Positions 10,877 through 22,235 of a DNA stretch of 64,000 nt are shown piece after piece. Both the position numbers and the translations under genes were made by a program. The stretch is taken from positions 32,001 through 96,000 of the forward strand of contig JAWBQF010000004.1 of NCBI GenBank assembly GCA_038845975.1, in the 5' to 3' direction. A model generated the notes under the pieces. It had not been told where the DNA came from. It did no database searches and saw only the letters and a list, made by a program, of their open reading frames with translations. Position 1 is the first letter of the stretch. Each line of letters opens with the position of its first letter. Source of the stretch: Candidatus Methanomethylicia archaeon. Lineage in GTDB: Archaea; Thermoproteota; Methanomethylicia; CALHIW01.

Positions 10877-10955
10877 TTAGTAATTTCTATGTGGCTACTA
10901 TTGGCGAGAACGGTGAATTGATGGGAATCTAATGTCAGCTACAAAACCTTATTAA
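10877..10955. repeat. ~80-bp MITE-like repeat (family B, copy 2)
   Basis: Shares tgtggctac.att..cgagaacggtgaa..gatg...agc.acaaaa.cttatt with 9421-9500. Confidence 0.65.
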
Positions 10956-11141
10956 GAGTATATAAATTTGATTTACAATTTCAAAATTAAGCTGTAATAT
11001 CGTCCATTCTAATTCTCAACTATTAATGATTCTCTTTGCTGTTTTAATTTTTAAATGTAGATTAAGCTAAGTGGATGTTTAATTTTGATGATGTTTTGTT
11101 GTTAAGATTATTTATAAGTCTCCTCCTCAATTAAATTAGCT

Positions 11142-11516
11142 ATGGCCACTATTAGGTTGAATAAATATAATGAGGATTTTATTCGTTTTCTAAAATCTAT
11201 TGGTGCAAAATTTGATCCTAAGAGTAAGGAGTGGCATGTATCTCCAGATAGGATAGAGGAAGTTAAAAGTAAAATTAGGGAGTATAAAGTTGAGGCTGAG
11301 GTTAAATCTTATACTGCAAAACCTATTGAGGCTATCAAGCTAAGGGTTGGGAGTATTAGAATGAATCTTTCTAAAGATGGTAGATTTGCACTTATAAGAA
11401 TGAATTTAATAGCAAATGTAAATGATATTATAGAACTGCTTGAAGGAACTAGGAAGACTGTAAAGTTTCGGATATTACCTCCTAGAAGATCAAAATTAGA
11501 AGCGAAGTCTAATTAA
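11142..11516 (+). CDS. Hypothetical protein (N-terminal GAxFDxxxKxW motif)
   Basis: Clean ORF with host-like codon usage and a TATA-like tttataag about 30 nt upstream. Confidence 0.7.
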   Translation: MATIRLNKYNEDFIRFLKSIGAKFDPKSKEWHVSPDRIEEVKSKIREYKVEAEVKSYTAKPIEAIKLRVGSIRMNLSKDGRFALIRMNLIANVNDIIELLEGTRKTVKFRILPPRRSKLEAKSN

Positions 11517-11578
11517 TATTGATGGATTGCTAAGCTTAAATATGTTTAAGCTTTAACTTCAATGTTTAGATTAAAAAG

Positions 11579-12640
11579 TTATTTTCTACATATCTTAACA
11601 TCGAAAACAGTTATTAATTCGTAAGGTGCAACTTCTAGAACTCTTCTAGCTTCTAGGATTTCAGCCTCAACATCGTTTCTCCTAAGCTCCATTAATAATT
11701 TATCTCTTTCTAAAGTTATTCCCTCATGGCTTGCTACATAAGTATAGTAATGTATAATTCCCTTCATATCTCTTAATGCTTTAATAGCTACATCTATAAA
11801 TTCTATAGCATTATGGGGGAGGTTCATTATAATCCTGTTAGCAGTATTTTGTAGTTTGGAATTTATGATTTCTCTAGCATCACCATAAATCGGTATTATT
11901 TCACCTTTAAGTTTATTAAGTTTTAGGTTTTCATTAAGATACTTAATTGCTTCAGGATTTATATCTATAGCATATACTCTAGCTTTAGTTCTTAAAGCTA
12001 TATGGAGAGCGAAGGAGCCAACACCGGTAAACATATCTATAACTGTCTCCCCATCCACTACCTTAGATGCAACCCTAACATGCTCATATGATAGGCTTGG
12101 ATTAAAGTATACTTTCGAGATGTCTACCTTCATTCTACATCCATATTCTACATGTATTGTTTCAGTTCTTCTCTCACCAGCTATATGTTCAATAGGTCTA
12201 ATCCTATATATTCCTTCAGTTCCTCCAGTTTTCATGTATACAGCTTTAACTGAGGAGTTAACAGCCATTATTCCCTCACCTATAATACTCCTATAGCTAT
12301 ATAGTTGATCAGGAATCTCTATGATTGCAATATCACCCACTATACTGAACGATCTTGGTAGAATTGCAAGCATCCATGGTTCAAGTTTACCGGATAATGC
12401 CTCAATAAGACTGCGCGGCTTCCTCAATTTAGGTTCAAATTCAAAACCTACAATGCATGCATTAGACTCAATCTTAAGAACCTCATCAACTTCTTCAGCT
12501 TTAAGCTCCCTAGTAATTGGAAATATAACTTTATCATTAACTTTAGCTACTTTAAATTTCTCATCTAATACGCCCATTAACTTTAATAGTTTCCGAACTT
12601 CCTCAGCTTTAATCCTAGAAACTCTAATTCCTATTCCCAT
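11579..12640 (-). CDS. trm5: tRNA (guanine-37-N1)-methyltransferase Trm5/Taw22 family
   Basis: SFSIVGDIAIIEIP, TIHVEYG, KVYFNPSL..EH, DMFTGVGSF, DINPEA, RIIMNLP. Confidence 0.88.
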   Translation of the reverse strand: MGIGIRVSRIKAEEVRKLLKLMGVLDEKFKVAKVNDKVIFPITRELKAEEVDEVLKIESNACIVGFEFEPKLRKPRSLIEALSGKLEPWMLAILPRSFSIVGDIAIIEIPDQLYSYRSIIGEGIMAVNSSVKAVYMKTGGTEGIYRIRPIEHIAGERRTETIHVEYGCRMKVDISKVYFNPSLSYEHVRVASKVVDGETVIDMFTGVGSFALHIALRTKARVYAIDINPEAIKYLNENLKLNKLKGEIIPIYGDAREIINSKLQNTANRIIMNLPHNAIEFIDVAIKALRDMKGIIHYYTYVASHEGITLERDKLLMELRRNDVEAEILEARRVLEVAPYELITVFDVKICRK

Positions 12641-13078
12641 ATACGCCTCTACTCCAATGACTATAATTCAATACTATTATTATGTAGAACTAATTTATAA
12701 AGGTGAATGTCTAAGAACTCATAGTTTAAACTCTGGAATGAATGGGCGAAGTTTAAGAGGTAAGGAAGATATTAGGTACAGCTTAAACTATACTTTAAGG
12801 ATGAACATGGATTAGCATTAGGATTGTAAGAAAGGTTTCAGCTCCTGAAGGATTAAAGCCGTTATTAGGGTTCAGCATTAGGTTTAATCATGCTATCTAC
12901 TCATAAGCTGTAAACTCCGTTAACAGCAAGGTTTAGGAATATAAGGATAACCCTAGTTCTCATTAATCGGATTATGCTGAATGTTAATATTAAGAAGATT
13001 CATTAAAGTTTAATGTTACAAATATGATTCCTTTGGAATATTTTTGGCAGCAATATATATTGGTTTTTCTATTATTTA

Positions 13079-13717
13079 TTGGTGTTTATGGGTTTTGTTG
13101 TTTTTGATGATGTATGTTTATGGTGTAGGTGTTTAGCCTCATTTATTCGTAGGGTTTTCGGTATTGAAATAGTTCCCTTAGGAAGGGTTGTTGAGGATTT
13201 TGGTGTTAAGCTTAATAAGGGTAGAATATATGTTTTTGATAATGGAGTTAATGAGGGATTTAAACCACTAATAAAACTAATAGTAAATAAGGGTAGGCTG
13301 AAATCCCTAAGAATTATACCATCATATATAGCGTATAGAGTAGCTAGGAGTGTAAATGTTAGGTGTGGATGTAACTATAGTAGGAGGACATATATTAGAA
13401 GAGTATTACTAGGTATTATATTTTTAGTATTTTTCATTCTTTTAAGCATTATATGGCATGATGTTTTAATAGGGATATTTATTCTTTTTTCTCTCCTTTT
13501 CACTATTATTCTCAACCTCATAATATACCTTATAAAACCCTCTAAAAGTAAGCAGAGATTACTCTTACTAATTTACGGATATGTTTACTTTTTTACAGCG
13601 AGAATATTAGGAGATATGCTAGGTGTAAGTATACATCCATTTTCTCGTCTTGATGGACTTCTCTTCATGATAATGATGTGGACAATAATATATGGAATAC
13701 TATGTATAGTTAATTAA
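13079..13717 (+). CDS. DCC1-like (DxxCxxC) domain fused to a multi-TM membrane region
   Basis: VFDDVCLWCR at the N-terminus, followed by about 4 hydrophobic helices. Confidence 0.6.
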   Translation: MVFMGFVVFDDVCLWCRCLASFIRRVFGIEIVPLGRVVEDFGVKLNKGRIYVFDNGVNEGFKPLIKLIVNKGRLKSLRIIPSYIAYRVARSVNVRCGCNYSRRTYIRRVLLGIIFLVFFILLSIIWHDVLIGIFILFSLLFTIILNLIIYLIKPSKSKQRLLLLIYGYVYFFTARILGDMLGVSIHPFSRLDGLLFMIMMWTIIYGILCIVN

Positions 13718-13739
13718 AGGGGATAATTAAAGGGGAGCG

Positions 13740-14386
13740 ATAATGTTATTATTGGTTACTGTTGGATGAATATGCTGCTAGGTATAGGCACTGCTAAAAG
13801 CTTAAAGGATTAGAGGTAGATGGAGCTTGATGTAAGAGCGAGTAATTAATGCTAATATCTAAAGGATGATCTATTAGTAAGCCTTGTAAGGCTGCTATTG
13901 ACAGCGCAACTATTAAAGCTAGGAAAGAAAGCTAGTTAGCTATGCATGGATATAAGAATATCGTAGACATGAAAATACATGTAGTTTTACCATCTAAAGC
14001 CCTGCCATTAAGCATTAAAATAGGTAGACAACAAGTCCAACTCTAACTACTTCATACCCTCCTAAGGAATGTGAGAATTGAGTATAGTAGGGTAAATCTA
14101 TAAGTAGGATTACGGCAGATTCATAGATGCTAGGAGATGAAGGAATATTTCAAGCATAAAGGAATAAAGAAGCATAAATATTAATTCAAGGAATAAACTA
14201 AACATGGAAGACTATATAGACTTAATGGAAAAGTATACAAGAGTATGAGAATATGTTGAAGATTCTTCACATAGCTAACAGCATTTAGAGAATAACCATA
14301 AAATTTGAAAGACTGGCATCAACATTCCTAAGCTTTATACAAATAATATGCATAACAGTATACCCAAGGGTTTCGCGATGAGTTTT
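13740..14386 (+). mobile_element. Heavily decayed IS5-family (IS427-like) copy
   Basis: Colinear similarity to 14830-15490 (gacagcgcaactattaaagctagga; gaaagactggcatcaacattccta; right end gatgagtt). Many stops. Confidence 0.7.
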
Positions 14387-14649
14387 AAGGCAAAGACGTA
14401 TTGAGTGGAAAATGAAAACATGTATAAGGTTATCATTAGTGGTATGATTCCTATTAATCTCTTACTTGGAGGTAATGTAATAATTAGAAAAGAGAAAAAT
14501 ATTATTTGTAAATATTCCAATTAGGTAAATATTCTTTAAACGACCTTATTAAAAGCCATCCTTATCCATAACTATGGATCTGAATACCAAACACCAATAG
14601 TAGTATTCATGATCTGTTCAATAAGGTTGCTGTACCTATCATTTTGTAT

Positions 14650-15491
14650 TGAACTCATTGCAAAACTATTTAAGCCTTCTTCTTTTATACTTTCTTCATG
14701 GAGCTTCGTGAGCTTAGTGATTGTGAGTGGGAGCTTATTAGACCTTTGCTTCCTCCTATGGCTAGGGTTGGTAGACCTAGGATAGATGATAGGCTTGTTG
14801 AACGGTATTTTATATGTGCTTGTTACCGGCTGTAGATGGATGGATATGCCTTCTAGGTATGGGCATTACTCAACAGCCTTTAGGAGGCTTAAGAGATGGA
14901 GCTAGGTGTTTGGAGCAGATACTTAATGCCCTGATATCTAAGGTTTATTCTACGGGTAAGCCTTGATAGGGTTACCGTTGATAGCACGACTATAAAGGCT
15001 AGGAAAGGGGGAGCTTGTAGGCTATGATGGATATAAGCATATTAAGGGTACGAAGATTCATGCTGTTGTATCGCCTGAATCCCTACCCCTAAGCGTTCAG
15101 GTTGGGTCAGGTAATGAGCATGACTCAAAACGCTTCATAAAGCTCCTTGAAGATGTAAGGGTTAAGCATGGTAGGGGTAGGCCTAGGAGTAGACCTAAAG
15201 AGGTTATAGGAGACTCAGCATATGATGCTAGGAGATTAGAGAATACCTCAAGCGTAGAGGAGTGAAAGCAAACATAGATGTCAACCCGAGGCGTAAGCCC
15301 AAGCATGGAAGACCATACAGGCTCGATGGGAAGGCATATAAGAGCATGAGGAGCGCTGTTGAAAGATTCTTCTCATGGATAACATCATTCAGAAGATTAT
15401 CCATAAGATACGAAAGACTAGCATCAACATTCCTAGGATTCATACAAATAGCATGCATAATAATATTGCTGAGGGTTTTCAGATGAGTTCA
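14650..15491 (+). mobile_element. IS5-family (IS427-like) element with pseudogenised transposase
   Basis: TIR TGAACTCAT..AAAAC / GTTTT..ATGAGTTCA. ATG at 14698 gives MELRELSDCEWELIRPLLPP..GRPR, then GILYVLVTGCRW, VDSTTIKA, GDSAYD, RSAVERFFSW..FRRL, with frameshifts and stops. Confidence 0.88.
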
Positions 15492-15516
15492 TTAAAAAAT
15501 AAAATTAGGTTATTGA

Positions 15517-18162
15517 TTATTTTTTCCTAGCTATAATAGCTATTGCTACCAATACTACTAGGTTTATAACTAGTAGAATGATAGCTATTGTTAGTAGATT
15601 GTTTAATGATGATATTGCTGAGGCTAGCTGGCTTGTTGATGTCTCTAGACTTGTAGCAAGCGTAGTAAGCTGACCTGATAATACTCCTATCTGACCTGAT
15701 AGCCCACTAATTTTGTCCTCAATGCCTTTACCAACTTTCTCAAACCCCATCTCTATAGGCTTTATGTTAAGTACATCAAAGAAATGCTTCTCAGCACTTA
15801 CAAATGATACAACTCCACTATATCCTGCTATTGTTAGCTCGTAAAGTCCAGCCTTCAGCTTAGCCGTAAATTCTGCTGGTAGTATTATTGCAAATCTTGT
15901 TGGAGTAATTTTTTCCCCATCACCTATCCTAATAATTTCTCCTGTTATTGGATCCTTAATTAGATATTTAAGTCCTAATGGTGATGGACCTTTAAGCTCA
16001 ATTACAAATGTAGATTCACCACCAGGTACTACTGTTGGAATTCCTATACTAACTATTTCTATCTGTTCAGGTTTTCCAAAATACCATTTACCTGCGCTAA
16101 ATGGATATGTTGGATCTCTAAAAGCTCTTAACTCAACATACTGTGCAGCTGGATCAAACTTATAAAGATAGAATGGACCATTACTTATCACTATATTCCC
16201 ATAGCTACTAAACCACTGTGATGCGGCATCATAACGTGCTTTAGCATCATCCCTTACAGCGTAAGATTTACCAAGAACCGTGAAAACATTTTCAGGGAAG
16301 AATTCTGTGGTTTTCATTTCATTAATAGTATTCGTAACCATCATTGCATGATCCTTCAATACTAGGGATAGCCATGGAACCTTAAACTTATTAGCAGCAG
16401 TCTCGGAATATGCTGCTTGCTTCTTTTCAAAGACAACTTTATCCATTGCTGCAAGAACTTCCCAAGGCATTGCTGTTATTGCACCTGTAGAAGCCGATGT
16501 AGAGAATGAAGTTAAAGCATAGTCTGCAATATAGTTAATATCAAAATGCCAGTAATCAATATAAACCTCAATGCTATTACCTATAATTCTAAATCCCTTA
16601 AATGTAGGAAGAACTTCTCCAAAAGTAGCTGCTACGGTAGACTCTAACGCAGACTTATTAGGATCATAGGTCATATCCCATATCTGATATATTGCAAACA
16701 ATATATCTGCCCATGTTATTGATTGACCATGATGCCATTTAGAGCCTAAATACTTCGATAAATCAAATACAACCTTACTCTTTGCAGTAATACCTTTACC
16801 TACAGCAGTCCATGATTTCGATTTAGCATCCCATATGAAAGCATCTTCAGGTACCGTTAACACTCCATCAGGTCCCTTAGTTTCAACAGTATAGCTTGCT
16901 CTAAATGGTATTGGTAATCCACTAAATGGATTTCTCCAAACTGCAGGATCATATACTGCTCTCCAAATATCAACACTATAAACATCATCATGTCCTCCAA
17001 TAGGATTCCAAACTGATCTTTCAGTCCAAACCCATAAGTGTCCTACGGTAACCGTAGTCTTACCAGGAATGTATACCTCCCTAGGGTTAAGGGGAGATCT
17101 TAATCCTGTACCAAGATCTAAAGTTAACCCCTTAACATCTTTTCTTGCAGGATTTATATCAAGTCTTGTAGCAACCCAGATTCTAACTGCTTCTTGAATA
17201 ATCATTTCAGAGCATTTTCTATATAGCTCATTTCTTTCATTTTCACTCTTAAATTCACCCTTAAAAATCCTTTTACCTAAATTGTCAATTGTTGAGTTCT
17301 CATATTGCCACCATCCAGCCTCCTGGTAGCCTGGCATCCACCCATACCATGGAGCACCAAACTGATTAATAGTTGTATAATCATATTTTTCAGGCGCACC
17401 TTTACCCCAACCTTCAGTATATATATGCCATTCAAGATCCTTAGGATCTGTTGCATAAATAATTCCTATTGCCTGACCAAACGGCATATATAGTCTCTCA
17501 ACAGTAAATCCTATTTTCTCTAGTTCTGATGCTAAAGCATCACCTATTTCTCTTCTCTCATCCTCTATTCTTATTATGAACTTTACAGTTATGGGTTTAC
17601 CTTTATAGTACCACTTACCAGCCTCTTTAACAGCACCAGCCTTAGTTAATGCTTGAGTAATTATAGTATTAGCAAGTACTGGATCATATTTAAACTCATA
17701 TCTTGATATAATATCATATATAGTAACATAGTCAGGATCATAGCTTGATAGGAAGGCATACATAGGAGATGCGAAACCTTTATAGATTGTTGATACAACA
17801 TATTCACGATTAATTAGATAGTTAAGCGCAAATCTTACCTCTCTTATTGAAAAGGGATTTAGTTGACCTTCGGGAGCTGGTGCTGGATTTAAACCGAAGT
17901 CAACAATTCCTGCAGGAGCATAATACATATCTATTTCAGGTATACCTCTTAATTCTTCTGCCTGAGCTGGCCTTAATCCAAAAATATAGTAGTCTACCTC
18001 TCCAGCTTTAACTGCTTGAGCTGCAAGTTCAAGTGGAACTCTTTTGAACATAATAATATCACTAGCTGGCCCTATTTTTTGAGCTGAAACAATATTAACT
18101 AGTACCGTAGGTACTAGAAGCAGAATTAGAACTAATAGTGCTAATCTATGTGTGTTGTTCAC
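15517..18162 (-). CDS. ABC transporter substrate-binding protein (family 5, peptide/oligosaccharide) with signal peptide and C-terminal membrane anchor
   Basis: NPFSIREVRFALNYLINR, KWHHGQSITWADI, ISNGPFYL; hydrophobic N- and C-termini. Confidence 0.88.
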   Translation of the reverse strand: MNNTHRLALLVLILLLVPTVLVNIVSAQKIGPASDIIMFKRVPLELAAQAVKAGEVDYYIFGLRPAQAEELRGIPEIDMYYAPAGIVDFGLNPAPAPEGQLNPFSIREVRFALNYLINREYVVSTIYKGFASPMYAFLSSYDPDYVTIYDIISRYEFKYDPVLANTIITQALTKAGAVKEAGKWYYKGKPITVKFIIRIEDERREIGDALASELEKIGFTVERLYMPFGQAIGIIYATDPKDLEWHIYTEGWGKGAPEKYDYTTINQFGAPWYGWMPGYQEAGWWQYENSTIDNLGKRIFKGEFKSENERNELYRKCSEMIIQEAVRIWVATRLDINPARKDVKGLTLDLGTGLRSPLNPREVYIPGKTTVTVGHLWVWTERSVWNPIGGHDDVYSVDIWRAVYDPAVWRNPFSGLPIPFRASYTVETKGPDGVLTVPEDAFIWDAKSKSWTAVGKGITAKSKVVFDLSKYLGSKWHHGQSITWADILFAIYQIWDMTYDPNKSALESTVAATFGEVLPTFKGFRIIGNSIEVYIDYWHFDINYIADYALTSFSTSASTGAITAMPWEVLAAMDKVVFEKKQAAYSETAANKFKVPWLSLVLKDHAMMVTNTINEMKTTEFFPENVFTVLGKSYAVRDDAKARYDAASQWFSSYGNIVISNGPFYLYKFDPAAQYVELRAFRDPTYPFSAGKWYFGKPEQIEIVSIGIPTVVPGGESTFVIELKGPSPLGLKYLIKDPITGEIIRIGDGEKITPTRFAIILPAEFTAKLKAGLYELTIAGYSGVVSFVSAEKHFFDVLNIKPIEMGFEKVGKGIEDKISGLSGQIGVLSGQLTTLATSLETSTSQLASAISSLNNLLTIAIILLVINLVVLVAIAIIARKK

Positions 18163-18217
18163 GGAATCACCACATCTACTATAAAAACATATATTTAAGC
18201 GTTTCTAATAGAAATTT

Positions 18218-18905
18218 GGCTTTGTTAACTTAAGCATGTTGATTATTCTATTTTGGTATTGTGTTTCTATGAATTCTTAGCTTTATCTTTTCATCAATCC
18301 ATGTTTCATTTATCATGTATACTATTGATTTCTAGGCATTAATCCATTTTTATTATCGCATTTATTCTTCATACATGGTATGCAGTTATCGAATAGTTTG
18401 GTCTTATCCTTACTATATGATTCTCTCCATTTAGGTTTTTAACTTCTAAACAGTATCTTCATGTTTTAAACTCATAGTACATGATATAGTAATGAGTATC
18501 GCTTAATACAACTATATTAAAACCATAGATAGCCTTAATCTTTTAATGTTAGTAATGTAAGTATATTTGAAACATCAAATTCATATATACAAAATTCTCC
18601 TTAATAACGGCTCAAAAGCAACATACATAATCCTATTCTTATACTACATTTATAATAGTATCATCAACCATAATCCTAACATCCCCCTATCAAAATCAAT
18701 AGAAGATTAAGATAAACCATAATATGGATACATAACCTAAAACAATAAAAATTAAAATATCCGAAACCATCCTAGATGAACGAAAATATAAGCAATAAAC
18801 AACTAAAGTAAATGGAGTTCTCTCCCAACAAATCTAATAACCTTAGACATAAACACACCATAAATAAAGGAGAAAAACCCAAATAAAGCTAAAGTTAACA
18901 AAGCC
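18218..18905 (-). mobile_element. Full-length but decayed IS6-family element (688 bp)
   Basis: Perfect 14-bp TIR GGCTTTGTTAACTT / AAGTTAACAAAGCC. Flanks AGAAATTT / AGAAAATT match 7 of 8, consistent with a TSD. Minus-strand remnants IMVDDTII, YVAFEP and KTKLFDN. Confidence 0.8.
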
Positions 18906-19506
18906 AGAAAATTAACTTTGTGAACTTAAATCATCAACTGTACATACTTACCGTATCTAAAGCTCACAGATCAAAGCTTGCCTACTAACTTAAGTAGAAT
19001 ATCCTAGGATAGATATTGATTTTAAAAAGATATAATTAGATTTAACCATACTGCTATAGCAATCCATAGCATACTGGAAGATACTATTATCAGCAAAATG
19101 AGTAAAGAATAATCTTAAAGCTAAGTTGGCAGAATACTACGAGTTATCCGAAACCTTAATTAAGTTAATAGCTAAATCCCTTAATTAATGATTTCAGAAG
19201 AGTTCCTAGAAATTTTAAGAAAACATGAATTCAATATAACAGCAGATATACTTAAACTACATTAGACATAAATATGTGGAAATTTCATGAGTTACTAAAA
19301 GCGGGAAAAGAAACTCTATGAGCTTAGATGTAAGATATATGTAGTTGATGGTTTAAGTTAGCAAGATATAATTATCTTATGAACTTAACATATTATCTTA
19401 GAGTTTATGATAAGCTTTTACTACCCTGATAGATTAGTATTATCTAGTAGTAGATTCTATGTGATTATGATATTTATTACAGGTAATAGTAACTTATTGG
19501 TATGGT

Positions 19507-20853
19507 TTATTGGCTGTTTAACACTTCTCTTAATGTTTCCTCTAGTATATCTATGGCTTTCATAAGCAGTTCTTCTGTAATTACTAGCGGCGGAGATATT
19601 CTTATTGTTGATTTTCCAGCACCTATTAATGCTATACCTTTCTTGAAGCATTTAATTATTATTTCCTCCATTTCCTTTATTGCTGGCTTCTTTGATTTCT
19701 TATCTTTTACGAGTTCAATACCTATCATTAATCCTTTCCCTCTTACGTCACCTATTATTTCGTAATTCTCCATTAGCTCGTTAAGTCTCTTCATTGTTTT
19801 CTCTCCTAGCTTTAATGAGTTTTCAAGTAGTTTCTCATCCCTTATTACGTTTATAACTGTTAATGCTGCCATACATGAGATAGGGTTTCCACCAAATGTT
19901 GAGGCATGTGCTCCCCTAGGTAGATTCATAACATCCTCTCTACCTACTGTTACCCCTAATGGTAGTCCACTAGCTACCCCCTTAGCTATAGCTATTATAT
20001 CTGGAGTTACATTCCAATGTTCTATTGAAAACCATTTACCTGTTCTACCCATACCTGCTTGAACTTCATCATCTATGAATAGGATACCGTATTTTTCACA
20101 TAGTCTCTTAGCTTTAATCCAGTATTCCGGTGGTGGAACTATGTATCCACCTTCTCCCTGTATTGGCTCTGCAACTATTGCGCATACTTCATCGGGGGGA
20201 ATATATTTCTGTAAATAATACTCATCTATGAAGTCTATACAGTAGTAGTTACATGATGGATATTCCTGTTTCCAGGGACATCGATAACAATAAGGATATG
20301 GTATATGTTCAATGCAAGGAACAAATGGATGAAACCATTTTCTCTGGATTGGTTTACTTGAAGTTAGAGATAAAGCTCCAAGGGTTCTACCGTGAAATGA
20401 GCCTATATATGCTATTATGTATGGTCTTAACCCATTAAAGTATCCACGTGCAATCTTTATGGATGCCTCAATAGCTTCAGCTCCACTATTACTGTAAAAA
20501 ATCTTCTTATTAAAGTTACCTGGAGTTATTTTAATAATTTCCTTCGCAAGAGTTACAGCAGGTTCATATAGAAAATCCGTTATTGAGTAGTGTTGGAACT
20601 TTTTAGATTGCTTTTCAATAGCTTCGATAAGTCTTGGATGACAATGGCCAATAGAGCATACAGCAATGCCTGCATTTAAATCTATGTATTCATTACCATC
20701 AACATCAACAACAATAGCTCCATAGCCTCTCTCAATAACAAGAGGATACCATCTAACAAATGACTGCATTAAGAAATTTGAATCTTCATTAATAATTCTT
20801 AAAGCTTTAGGTCCAGGAGGCTCAACAATAATTTTAGGATAATACGTAGACAT
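19507..20853 (-). CDS. Class III PLP-dependent aminotransferase (4-aminobutyrate/acetylornithine aminotransferase family)
   Basis: PPGPKA, NSGAEAIEA, SFHGRT, EPIQGEGG, DEVQAGMGRTGK, AKGVASGLP, HASTFGGNP. The likely start is MSTYYPK at 20853. Confidence 0.92.
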   Translation of the reverse strand: MSTYYPKIIVEPPGPKALRIINEDSNFLMQSFVRWYPLVIERGYGAIVVDVDGNEYIDLNAGIAVCSIGHCHPRLIEAIEKQSKKFQHYSITDFLYEPAVTLAKEIIKITPGNFNKKIFYSNSGAEAIEASIKIARGYFNGLRPYIIAYIGSFHGRTLGALSLTSSKPIQRKWFHPFVPCIEHIPYPYCYRCPWKQEYPSCNYYCIDFIDEYYLQKYIPPDEVCAIVAEPIQGEGGYIVPPPEYWIKAKRLCEKYGILFIDDEVQAGMGRTGKWFSIEHWNVTPDIIAIAKGVASGLPLGVTVGREDVMNLPRGAHASTFGGNPISCMAALTVINVIRDEKLLENSLKLGEKTMKRLNELMENYEIIGDVRGKGLMIGIELVKDKKSKKPAIKEMEEIIIKCFKKGIALIGAGKSTIRISPPLVITEELLMKAIDILEETLREVLNSQ

Positions 20854-21332
20854 TTTACTCAATACTAGAAACGTACAAAGATATATAAATGTTTTCGAAA
20901 TATAATGCATATACTCCCATAAATAGTACGGAATTAATACTATTTACAAGGTATAGCATCAAACATCGTACTAGAACATTAACATATCAAGCCTTACAGA
21001 TCTAAATATAGGAAGTTTTCACATTACTTCTATAATTCTCCTACGCTATTTTAAGTTATAAGTGAAGTTAGACATTTAAAGAAGGGTATATTTAAGCATT
21101 TAAATTCTATACGTTCTTGTATTTCTGATAATTGATTTATTACTGTTCTAGCCTACATGGTATATAATGGTATTGGTAGCTAGCATTATAGTAGAATTTA
21201 ACCAGCTTAAATGGAAGCTACTATTTAAGGTAACGTGTTACTGTAACTTAGCGACGATCTATTGTTAAACTTAGATTTTACTGGTTTCATATAGGTTTTT
21301 AAGAGAGTTTGCTACATTACATATGGGTTATT

Positions 21333-22235
21333 ATGTTGAAGCTACTTCCTAATGAGAGTTTAAGATTGGAGTTAAAGCCACATCCATTAGTGTTTTGGAA
21401 GTTTTATTGTTTAAGCTTTTATTTCTTATTTCTAGCTTTTGAATCTGTGTATTGGAAAGCACTACCTATATATATGTATGAGTGGATTAGTAGATTTATT
21501 CCTAGTAGTTATAATATTACTGCTATTGTTTTATTTCTTGGAAGCTTTATTGCAGTAGCTGTTATTATTGGATTACTGGAAATCTCCTTAAAGCTTGTAA
21601 TTCTCCTTACTGTAATGGGGGTTTTAGGTGTAGTTATTGTTGAATACTTTAATCTTGGATTTAATGGCTATACATTCATATATGTTATTTACAGTATACT
21701 TATTATTGGATTAACAGATATCTATAGGAAAGCACATAAATACTACATTACAAATTTTAGAATCGTATCAGCTAAGGAATTTATTACTCATGAATTTCGT
21801 GAAGTAACATTTGATAAAATTAGTGATATTGTTCTTAAGCAGGGGGTTTTAGGAAGAGTTTTTGGTTTTGGGTCATTAATTCCTATAACGACTTCAGGTT
21901 TTGGACTTGGATCAGATTTCAGCATAGCTGGAGGGGGAATATTAAGTAGAGGGGTAGGAGTGGGAATTGGAGGTGGTAAAAGTGTTAATATTCCACGTGG
22001 ACGAAGCTACTTTATACTATATGGTGTTAGAAAACCTAGAGAAGTTTTAAATTTAATATCTCAAATAAGGTATGAGTATATAGAAGCTCCTTATCTTAGA
22101 AAGATATCACAAGATCTGGAAAGAGTTATGATGCAAGTTGCAGGAACTAAGCTATTAAAATGCCCTAAATGCGGAGTAGATATTATTGGAGATTCTAACT
22201 ACTGCAGTAATTGCGGATTTAAATTAAAGAGTTAA
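21333..22235 (+). CDS. Membrane protein with bacterial PH domain and C-terminal zinc ribbon
   Basis: Four TM segments; YYITNFRIV..QGVLGRVFGFGSL (bPH-like); CPKCG..CSNCG. Confidence 0.75.
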   Translation: MLKLLPNESLRLELKPHPLVFWKFYCLSFYFLFLAFESVYWKALPIYMYEWISRFIPSSYNITAIVLFLGSFIAVAVIIGLLEISLKLVILLTVMGVLGVVIVEYFNLGFNGYTFIYVIYSILIIGLTDIYRKAHKYYITNFRIVSAKEFITHEFREVTFDKISDIVLKQGVLGRVFGFGSLIPITTSGFGLGSDFSIAGGGILSRGVGVGIGGGKSVNIPRGRSYFILYGVRKPREVLNLISQIRYEYIEAPYLRKISQDLERVMMQVAGTKLLKCPKCGVDIIGDSNYCSNCGFKLKS

